DNA of 32,000 bases, taken from assembly GCA_041674405.1 (NCBI GenBank), contig JBAYVT010000003.1:60001-92000 (forward strand). The letters are read 5' to 3'. The position numbers and the translations under genes were made by a program. The notes beneath the pieces were generated by a model. The model searched no databases, had not been told where the DNA came from, and saw only the letters and a list, made by a program, of their open reading frames with translations. The first letter of the stretch is position 1. The number at the start of each line of letters is the position of its first letter. The DNA comes from Patescibacteria group bacterium. GTDB lineage: Bacteria > Patescibacteriota > UBA1384 > XYA2-FULL-43-10. This document shows positions 25,389 to 32,000 of the stretch, piece after piece.

Positions 25389-26564
25389 TTACCCCGCCTT
25401 CATGGCGCGGGCGATCCGGTCCAATCCCTCCTCGATCTCCAGATCGTTGTACGTAAGGCTCATCCGGAAGTAGCCTTCCCCGCCCGCGCCGAACGCCGAG
25501 CCCGGGGTGAGGACGACGTGCGCCGTTTCCACCAGATGCTCACAGAACTCCGCACTGGTCGAGAACCCATCCGGGATCGGCGCCCAGATGTAAGGAGTCG
25601 CCTGAGGCGGTTCGATGCTCCAGCCCAGCGAGTTCAAGGTACCGACGACGAGGTCCCGGCGCTGGCCATAGACGAAACAGATGTCCTCGCAGGCCCGCCG
25701 ATATTCTTTGAGCACCCGGGCACCGGCGAACTGGATGAAACGAGGGGTCCCATTGTCGGTGTTGCCCTTGTAGCGCTTCAGGTACGACAACACCTCTGGG
25801 TTGCCGACGGCCGCGCCGATCCGCCACCCGGTCATGTTAAACCACTTGCTGTGAGAGATGATCTCCACAGCGACCTCAGACGCCCCTAGTACCTCCAGGA
25901 TGCTCGGCTGCCGGATGTTGCCCAGATTCACCAGGCTGTAGGCGGCGTCGTGGACGACAAGGAGCTTGTGCTCCTTTGCGAATTCGACGGCCTCAGCGAA
26001 GAAGTCGAGGCCAGCCACCGCAGTGGTGGGGTTGTTGGGGTAGTTGAGCCAGAGGATCTTCGCTTTCTGGCAAATCACCCCCTCGATACTACCCAGGTCG
26101 GGGAGCCAGTACGGCGGCTCGAGCTTCATGTGGTAGGTGTTCGCCCCGAACATGTGCTGGGCGATCTCGTAGGTAGGGTATCCGGGGTCAGGCACAATCC
26201 CGAGATCCAGCGGATTCAGGAAGGCCCCAGCGAGCTGGACGATCGCCTCTTTGGACCCACTCGTCCGCAAGATCTGGTTGTCCTCGAGCGTGACGCCGAA
26301 GTAGCTCTGGTAGAACCGGCACACCTCGGAGTCGAAGTCCGTGACAGGCATGTCATCCCCGTAGCGAAACCGATCGGGATCCGTGACATCGTTGGCGGCA
26401 CGGACCATCTCATCCACAGCACAAAGCGGAGTGGGCATGTCGGGGTCGCCGATTCCGAACGAGACGACATGGACACCGCTCGCCTTGAGAGTGTTGATCT
26501 TCTCCCGCAGCGAGGCAAACGGATATGGCGGCAATGATGCGAGACGGCCTGAAGGCTCAAGCAT
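25389..26564 (-). CDS. PLP-dependent class I/II aminotransferase (GC-rich island C)
   Basis: WLNYPNNPTTAVA, VHDAAYSLV, SHSKWFNMTGWRIGAAVG (PLP lysine), SD CAGGAGGAG upstream. Confidence 0.9.
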   Translation of the reverse strand: MLEPSGRLASLPPYPFASLREKINTLKASGVHVVSFGIGDPDMPTPLCAVDEMVRAANDVTDPDRFRYGDDMPVTDFDSEVCRFYQSYFGVTLEDNQILRTSGSKEAIVQLAGAFLNPLDLGIVPDPGYPTYEIAQHMFGANTYHMKLEPPYWLPDLGSIEGVICQKAKILWLNYPNNPTTAVAGLDFFAEAVEFAKEHKLLVVHDAAYSLVNLGNIRQPSILEVLGASEVAVEIISHSKWFNMTGWRIGAAVGNPEVLSYLKRYKGNTDNGTPRFIQFAGARVLKEYRRACEDICFVYGQRRDLVVGTLNSLGWSIEPPQATPYIWAPIPDGFSTSAEFCEHLVETAHVVLTPGSAFGAGGEGYFRMSLTYNDLEIEEGLDRIARAMKAG

Positions 26565-26736
26565 GAACGAAACTCCTCCTGGAATGTGATATGCGTCCCG
26601 AGCGAGATAAAATTAACACATTTTATCATTTTTGTCTAGTCAAATAGCAGCATGATTTGTGAATTTCAATACCAAGCGATCTTTACAGAACGCTTCATTT
26701 TTGCTAAAATTCTTGTGTGTTTGAGAGTTATTCCCT

Positions 26737-26805
26737 CCGTCTCCAGCTTGCTGGAGCCGAGAGTTACCCGATAGCTCCCGTCTCCAAGCAAAACTTGGAG
26801 CCGAG
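26737..26805. repeat. Tandemly duplicated hairpin word
   Basis: CCGTCTCCAgcttgcTGGAGCCGAG (26737-26761) and CCGTCTCCAagcaaaactTGGAGCCGAG (26778-26805). Confidence 0.7.
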
Positions 26806-26823
26806 GTCTCGGCTTGATATAAT
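26795..26823 (+). promoter_or_regulatory. Promoter for GIY-YIG gene, near-leaderless
   Basis: TTGGAG-N17-TATAAT; ATG 11 nt after the -10 and no SD. Confidence 0.55.
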
Positions 26824-26834
26824 CAAGACGGACA

Positions 26835-27092
26835 ATGGCAGACCATTTTATTTACATTTTAGTAAGTAAAAACGCCCCCAAAACTTATATAGGTGTAACA
26901 TCAGATATCGAAAAGAGAATATCTGAACACAATTCTGGCTCAAATGCTTACACCAGAAAATATAAGCCTTGGAAGCTTTTTTATTCCGAAAAATTTGATG
27001 ATAGATCAGTGGCATTAAAAAGAGAAATTTATCTGAAATCGCACGCAGGGCGGAACTTCATAAAAAAGCTTTTTCAAAATATTCCCCGATAG
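26835..27092 (+). CDS. Single-domain GIY-YIG nuclease family protein
   Basis: FIYILVSKNAPKTYIGVTSDIEKRISEHNSGSNAYTRKYKPWKLFYSEKF...REIYLKSHAGRNFIKKL. Confidence 0.9.
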   Translation: MADHFIYILVSKNAPKTYIGVTSDIEKRISEHNSGSNAYTRKYKPWKLFYSEKFDDRSVALKREIYLKSHAGRNFIKKLFQNIPR

Positions 27093-27157
27093 CTCAATGG
27101 CAGAGCGCTTCGCTGTTAACGAAGATGTTGCTGGTTCGAGTCCAGCTCGGGGAGCCA
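27083..27157 (+). tRNA. tRNA-Asn(GTT), CCA encoded
   Basis: TCCCCGA..TCGGGGA acceptor stem, CTTCG-CTGTTAA-CGAAG anticodon arm, GCTGG-TTCGAGT-CCAGC T arm, discriminator G + CCA. Confidence 0.95.
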
Positions 27158-27160
27158 AGA

Positions 27161-27192
27161 AAAAAGATTGATTGTGTAATCAGTCTTTTTTC
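27161..27192 (+). terminator. Rho-independent terminator after tRNA
   Basis: AAAAAGATTGATT-gtgt-AATCAGTCTTTTTT. Confidence 0.75.
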
Positions 27193-27207
27193 TTTGTTCA
27201 GTAGAAT

Positions 27208-27312
27208 GGACTCGAACCAAGGATGGGGTCGGGAAACATGGGTTTCCCGCTGAGGAAAATACTAAAAACCGAGGGTTTTTAGAGTGGTTCATATGTCCAG
27301 CTCGGGGGGCCA
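27208..27312. repeat. tRNA-Asn 3' fragments: inverted T-arm word and direct 3'-end copy
   Basis: GGACTCGAACC (27208-27218) is the reverse complement of tRNA GGTTCGAGTCC; TCCAGCTCGGGGGGCCA (27296-27312) copies tRNA 3' end TCCAGCTCGGGGAGCCA (27141-27157) with one mismatch. Confidence 0.7.
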
Positions 27313-27328
27313 AAGAAAAATGACACTT

Positions 27329-28129
27329 TTATGATTTTGATCCTTGAAATGTCCCACTGCAGCGTCCCGAGCTCCAGGTGCCGGAGACTTTGCTACCGGA
27401 AAAAGTCATATTTACGACTGTTGGGGTGGAGCCAGCGCTAAGCGTCTCAGCCGCCTTACCATTCGAATCGATTTTTGCATTGCCGCCCCAAGGATTTTGA
27501 ACCTCGCCGCCAGTGACATAGAAGGCTGTCAGCTCGACTGACGAGTCACAATTCGGCTTTTGCATTGTAGTTTGGTAATAACCGTCCCAGTTGTTGCTGA
27601 TTGGCCCGCCAGGCAAGTCGGTCGTTACATTGGTGACAGTGTGGTGAATGTACGGCCAGATAAAGACAAAAAAGACGACGACTAAAATTATGAACATAGC
27701 AGCGACTGCACAGCCACTAGCAGCTGTCTGCTTCTTTGCAGCCGGCGGAGACATTTCTGCGGCAGAATTCTCTTCTTTTTTGTTAGATTCTTTCATCTTG
27801 AGATTCTTTTTGTTCTGTTTCACTAAGGCCCAGATTCCAAGGATAAAAATTGCCAAGCACAACAAGGTTATTCCGAGAACTAATTCGGTAGCATTTTTAG
27901 TTTTATTGCCAGTGAAAAAATAGGCGGTTGTCCCGCTCAGGGCCAAAAAAGAAATGATGATCAAAAAAATTAAAAGGCAGGAAAGACAACCTGTGTTTTT
28001 CGCCGGAGGAGCAACCGGTTTAATGTCCTTGTCTTTATTATCACCAGGGACGTCGCCAATCAGATTGCCGCATTTTGGGCAGAACTTATCTTTCGCCTCG
28101 ACTTTCTCGCCGCATTTAGAACAAAACAT
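27329..28129 (-). CDS. Zinc-ribbon membrane protein
   Basis: MFCSKCGEKVEAKDKFCPKCGNLIG start supported by GGAGGGGGA SD; several TM helices; C-terminal extracytoplasmic domain. Confidence 0.75.
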   Translation of the reverse strand: MFCSKCGEKVEAKDKFCPKCGNLIGDVPGDNKDKDIKPVAPPAKNTGCLSCLLIFLIIISFLALSGTTAYFFTGNKTKNATELVLGITLLCLAIFILGIWALVKQNKKNLKMKESNKKEENSAAEMSPPAAKKQTAASGCAVAAMFIILVVVFFVFIWPYIHHTVTNVTTDLPGGPISNNWDGYYQTTMQKPNCDSSVELTAFYVTGGEVQNPWGGNAKIDSNGKAAETLSAGSTPTVVNMTFSGSKVSGTWSSGRCSGTFQGSKS

Positions 28130-28230
28130 TCCCCCTCCGAAATTTTTAGGTGATCTGACAACATCACAATTATACCACAAGTTGCGGAAACTTATGTTTT
28201 GCTGCCTTATTATAGATCAATTTCAAATTC

Positions 28231-29460
28231 TTACTTTAGGCTTTCTGATGCTGCGGTGATCAGATCGGAAATAAGTTTTTCTCCGGTTGTCTGGCCGCGA
28301 TTCGCCTGCATCGCCGCCCAATCAGCATTCAGAGTTTCATCGCCCATCGCTGTAATCAGCGCTCCGGCACGATCAAAATTATTTTTCTCGCGATTATGCT
28401 CGCCAAAAATCAGCGACATTGCCTCAAGTTTGTTGGCAACGCCGGTCATCTTCTCATCTTTGGACGCAAGGCTTTTTTCAAGATCGGCTTGCGCCATTAC
28501 AAGATTATTTTCTGCATTCTTTTTGTCATTGGTTAAATTTCTATTTAGGATAAATAGCCAGGCGGAGACTGCGATGAAAATTAACATTAGAGATGCGGCT
28601 ATCATGCCAAAAGCTCCAATGCCGGATTTTTTTCGTAAGTATAATAACCAGTATAAAAATAAGGCGATAAGAATGAGCAGAACCGCTCCGGCAATATAAT
28701 ATATAAGATATGGGTTTTCGGAAGCTGAATTATTCCCCACATTTGCCGTGGTAGTTTCGACACCTGTTTGACTGCTGTCGTCTGTCGCGGTCGTCGCTGC
28801 CGTCGATGCAGCGCCATTGTTTTGTGATGTGCCAGAAGCTGAATTTGCCGATTGTCCGCTTCCACTCGGAGCAGCCTGGCTTCCGGTTCCTGAAGAACCG
28901 CTGCTACCTGTTGTGTCTCCGCCATTTGCGATATTCTCTGTAAAATTTACGGTTACTGAAAGAGTCAATGACGGCGCACCGGGAAGCAATGAACTTGCTG
29001 TGTAGGTGACAATTTTTTCTCCCGGGGTTGATGACTTCAGAGTGAACTCTCCTGTCCCAGAAATTAGATTGTAGTCCGGCAGGATTCCACCGCTGCCGCC
29101 CAATGGGTTTGGAGACACATTGTTGCCCGAACCGGAAATCGAAAGGGTCATTTTATTTGAATAAGCCGCTGCTCGGCATAGCTGGCCATCGTCAGTATCA
29201 ACCGTTGCCGGCAATGGAGTCTGCGGCGATGCCCCATCACTACAGTCAATCTCAAAAGGAGTTTTCTGGGTATAGTAAGCGCCATACCAAAAATTAATCG
29301 TGTCGCTTCCATCTGCAACTGCCGTAGTTTTGTTGTAGGTAAGTGTGATTTTTGTAGCATCGACTGAGCTCACAGTTTCCATTGCCGACACTTGGTTTAC
29401 AATTAGAAACGGCAAACAGAAAGTTGCAAATAATGCTCCTAAAACTAGAACTTTTTTCAT
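28231..29460 (-). CDS. Secreted/surface protein with Ig-like region and C-terminal TM and coiled coil
   Basis: Signal peptide MKKVLVLGALFATFCLPFLIVNQVSA; Ser/Gly/Thr-rich linker; two TM helices; C-terminal helical region. Confidence 0.65.
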   Translation of the reverse strand: MKKVLVLGALFATFCLPFLIVNQVSAMETVSSVDATKITLTYNKTTAVADGSDTINFWYGAYYTQKTPFEIDCSDGASPQTPLPATVDTDDGQLCRAAAYSNKMTLSISGSGNNVSPNPLGGSGGILPDYNLISGTGEFTLKSSTPGEKIVTYTASSLLPGAPSLTLSVTVNFTENIANGGDTTGSSGSSGTGSQAAPSGSGQSANSASGTSQNNGAASTAATTATDDSSQTGVETTTANVGNNSASENPYLIYYIAGAVLLILIALFLYWLLYLRKKSGIGAFGMIAASLMLIFIAVSAWLFILNRNLTNDKKNAENNLVMAQADLEKSLASKDEKMTGVANKLEAMSLIFGEHNREKNNFDRAGALITAMGDETLNADWAAMQANRGQTTGEKLISDLITAASESLK

Positions 29461-29518
29461 ATTTCCTCCCTCCTTGTTCGATTTACATTGGTGCGTCTAA
29501 TCCTCCGAGCTGGTAATA

Positions 29519-30883
29519 TTAGCTCTGGCTTTTCGGCGGTGTTGGAGGCGCAGGTGCTGGCCCGACATTTGCTGCAGTCGGAGTTGGCGGTACGGCCGTC
29601 GGTTTCTTTTTCCTCGTAGCAAGAATAATGATCAATATCAATATTATTAAGATAATTGCGCCACCGATGATTCCCGCCCACAACCAGTTCATCACCCATC
29701 CTGATTTTACTGAAATTTTGTTTGATCCGACTGCCGTTGTGAATGTCAGTTGTTTGAATCCCTTGGTCACTATAAGCTCGTTAGAGACAAACTTCTTTGT
29801 TTTGTAACCAATTCCCTCCATCGCCGCCTTGATTGCAGTCAGATCGTTGTCAGCTACATTCCTGCCAAGAATATAGATTAGTGTGCGTCCCTTCTGGGAA
29901 GCGATTTTAGCCTTGTCATCATAGACCTTCTTTATTACAGGAGTTACGACAGCATCAGTATTAGCTCCTTCGCCGGTTGGGACTACTGGAACGACATCGG
30001 GATAGCTGGTACCACCCCCGCCGACATCGCCTCCTGTACCTCCGGCGCCAGCGGTTGCGCTAATAACCATGTTGTATTCCGAAGCCGCAGTTTCACAGCC
30101 TGAATTAATATCACAGTTGATGCCAACATAGACTACTTGATCAGACGAAAGATCAACGCTGACTGTCTTAATTTCGCCAGCGTTTCCTGCCATTTCATAT
30201 CCAAGTTCCGTGCGATTGCTGTCAAAAACTTTTACTGTCGGCACAGCCTTGGTATCCGGAGTAAGCTTGACAGAAAAAGGTCCCGCCTTGGCAGAAACAG
30301 CATAATAATCGTCGGTATCGACAGACGAATAGTATCCTGTGTAAGTCCCCGGATTAAGAGACATGGCTGATGTGATTGCTTGACCGGCGTCAGTGGTCGA
30401 TCCGGCGTCGAAGCGGTCGGTTAGGGAAACTTCAAACGTGCCTGATTCCGTTCCCCAGGTGTCATCGGAAAGGCGGATGTAGAAAGTATGTGTGCTCTTG
30501 GTAGAATTGGCGAGTGCAGCGACTGTGATCGGAGCAGGGGCGTCTTCAAATTCCGAGACCATTGACTCTTTATCATCGGAAAATAACTCGATTGTATTCA
30601 GTGTTCCATACTGCGCATTTTCAGTCAGAACTTTGAATGTTCCAGTGACCTTCAGCTCCTGTCCGGCTTTAACGCTAATTGAGTAAAAATGTTTTTCGTT
30701 CTCCACCAGTCTACCGACGGTGTAGCTGCCGGCAGCAATTCCAACCGCGGTATCAATCGTACTGCCGCCGCTTGGCAAACTTGCGGCTTGAACCTTGGAA
30801 AAAGGAATGAAGATAGTCATTAAGGATAAAACCAAAAGAGATGCACAAATTTTGCCAAAGAATTGCGCAGTGTTTTTTATCAT
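29519..30883 (-). CDS. Surface protein with pre-peptidase C-terminal-like beta domains, TM helix and Pro-rich tail
   Basis: Signal peptide; VENEKHYFSISVKAGQELKVTGTF...; TM IIGGAIILIILILIIILA followed by KKKPTAVPPTPTAANVGPAPAPPTPPKSQS. Confidence 0.6.
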   Translation of the reverse strand: MIKNTAQFFGKICASLLVLSLMTIFIPFSKVQAASLPSGGSTIDTAVGIAAGSYTVGRLVENEKHFYSISVKAGQELKVTGTFKVLTENAQYGTLNTIELFSDDKESMVSEFEDAPAPITVAALANSTKSTHTFYIRLSDDTWGTESGTFEVSLTDRFDAGSTTDAGQAITSAMSLNPGTYTGYYSSVDTDDYYAVSAKAGPFSVKLTPDTKAVPTVKVFDSNRTELGYEMAGNAGEIKTVSVDLSSDQVVYVGINCDINSGCETAASEYNMVISATAGAGGTGGDVGGGGTSYPDVVPVVPTGEGANTDAVVTPVIKKVYDDKAKIASQKGRTLIYILGRNVADNDLTAIKAAMEGIGYKTKKFVSNELIVTKGFKQLTFTTAVGSNKISVKSGWVMNWLWAGIIGGAIILIILILIIILATRKKKPTAVPPTPTAANVGPAPAPPTPPKSQS

Positions 30884-30908
30884 TTTCCCTCCTTAAAAAT
30901 TATTTAAC

Positions 30909-31514
30909 TTAGAAATACCAAAAAATCCGCTGTACGCCAGAGCGCAAAAGCTCTTTGAAAATTTCCGGATTCATCATATTGACCATAACGAGAGCGACTA
31001 TAATAATTATCACCGAAAGCCACTTGGTGTAGGGCCCGGCTGTACGAAACAAAAGAATTAGTGATAAAACAGCCATCAATGTCGGTCCTAAGATCTTGAT
31101 GTCGCCGAGGGGGACGTACTGGCCTCCGGCATAGATGGAATCCAAATTGAGATATTGTCCGAGATCATAGCTTACGCCGAAAGCAATAAAAATTATTTCC
31201 AGGACGATTACGACTGCCAGCGCCCACGAAGCGAATGTTGTTGACTCTCCCTTGGTTCGGTAAATTTCATATCCGACGACTGGCAACATGAAAAGCGACA
31301 GAATGAGCACGCTGTGAGTGGCAATCCCGACCAGCAATCCGATTATTGCCCAGACCGTGAGAATGCTACAAATCATCGCGGGAGAAATTTTATCTTTGGT
31401 TTTCTTTTTCTCTGTATCGGGTGGGCTTGCCTGGAAGTCTGCACTCTTTTGATATTCAATCTCCGTACCCTCCTTGGCAACGGGTGCCGGCCCGTCTGAT
31501 CCGCCTCCTATCAT
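30909..31514 (-). CDS. Multi-pass membrane protein
   Basis: 201 aa with about five to six hydrophobic helices; overlaps no other credible ORF. Confidence 0.65.
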   Translation of the reverse strand: MIGGGSDGPAPVAKEGTEIEYQKSADFQASPPDTEKKKTKDKISPAMICSILTVWAIIGLLVGIATHSVLILSLFMLPVVGYEIYRTKGESTTFASWALAVVIVLEIIFIAFGVSYDLGQYLNLDSIYAGGQYVPLGDIKILGPTLMAVLSLILLFRTAGPYTKWLSVIIIIVALVMVNMMNPEIFKELLRSGVQRIFWYF

Positions 31515-31523
31515 TGGTCCTCC

Positions 31524-31988
31524 TTAATTTAACTTAGAAAAAAGCTTCTCGAATATTTTCTCAACTTCATCTTTGTTCAAAAATCCCTCGGCTCCTATCG
31601 TACTTGTTTTCGGGCTGACCTCCGTCCGGTGATATGTAGCACCTTCAACTCGTTCGCTGATTTTTTTCGAATCAAACTGGCTTACCGATTCGCAAGGAGT
31701 GGCGCCATCCGGTAATGATTCGTAGCTATAGAGCAAAGAGCCGGTAATCAAATAATTCTTCACTCGAACTGCAATACAAAAACGTTTTTTCTCGTCTTGG
31801 ATCAAGAATACTGCTGGTCGGCCGAGCACCGTTCCTTGCTCATTCTGAAGCCCCGATTTTTCTCTTTCCGCCTTTATTTTCGGGGCCGAGCTCTTCATCA
31901 GGGATTGCATCTTGTCCATTTGAGCTTTTTGCGTCGGAGTCATTTGAGCTTGAACTACTTTGCTATTCAAAACTTTTTCGAGATCCAT
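31524..31988 (-). CDS. Hypothetical cytoplasmic protein
   Basis: 154 aa ORF (MDLEKVLNSKVVQAQMTPTQKAQMDKMQSLMK...), 9 nt upstream of the next gene, likely same operon. Confidence 0.6.
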   Translation of the reverse strand: MDLEKVLNSKVVQAQMTPTQKAQMDKMQSLMKSSAPKIKAEREKSGLQNEQGTVLGRPAVFLIQDEKKRFCIAVRVKNYLITGSLLYSYESLPDGATPCESVSQFDSKKISERVEGATYHRTEVSPKTSTIGAEGFLNKDEVEKIFEKLFSKLN

Positions 31989-32000
31989 ACCGGCCGGTGC

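Noticed and set aside
25518-26629. Several long ORFs on both strands overlapping the aminotransferase
   Set aside because: GC-rich coding sequence yields long shadow ORFs; only 25389-26564 has recognisable family motifs and an SD.
27116-27313. 65-aa minus-strand ORF (MAPRAGHMNHSK...ELDSNQQHLR)
   Set aside because: It is antisense to the tRNA-Asn, the terminator and the tRNA fragment copy; a typical spurious tRNA-antisense ORF.
1-32000. Known defence systems, toxin-antitoxin pairs, retrons, prophage or transposase genes
   Set aside because: No reverse transcriptase, restriction enzyme, cas, capsid or transposase motifs seen in the translated frames; the GIY-YIG protein is the only nuclease-like candidate and its family is common and mostly uncharacterised.

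Overview
The window is an AT-rich bacterial chromosomal segment, probably from a Patescibacteria/CPR-like genome; that is inferred from gene content and style, not shown by a marker gene. From left to right it holds: a membrane-anchored Clp-type AAA+ ATPase with a small membrane partner; a ferredoxin; an unannotated 44-aa gene with a consensus promoter and terminator; a cysteine-free CsoR-like repressor; class III ribonucleotide reductase (nrdG, nrdD); a sortase convergent with a secreted HEYGH metallopeptidase; an Ogt/ATL-like protein; a MASE3-PAS histidine kinase with response regulator and PucR-type regulator; a long minus-strand block (two-component system, DUF5666-like Met-rich protein, coiled-coil lipid/cell-envelope-type protein, heterodimeric ABC exporter); a PHP protein; an M23 peptidase; a double-CDGSH protein; a class I/II aminotransferase; a GIY-YIG protein whose ORF runs into a tRNA-Asn gene; and a block of surface/membrane proteins. 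No CRISPR array, transposase or classic phage module is visible. The most notable items are: (1) a 27-codon in-frame insertion of simple or decayed repeat sequence inside nrdG; (2) a GIY-YIG/tRNA-Asn overlap with direct and inverted tRNA T-arm copies just downstream and a duplicated hairpin upstream; (3) an intergenic GCCCC..GGGGCCCC..GGGG repeat family (four copies, three in a cluster); (4) three isolated GC-rich single-gene islands on the same strand, each ending in a GC-rich hairpin; (5) the 44-aa SD-led gene; (6) a cysteine-free CsoR with a palindromic upstream site; and (7) a probable ATT start codon and several near-leaderless promoters. None of these proves a new defence or mobile system. 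All functional proposals are labelled as inference.
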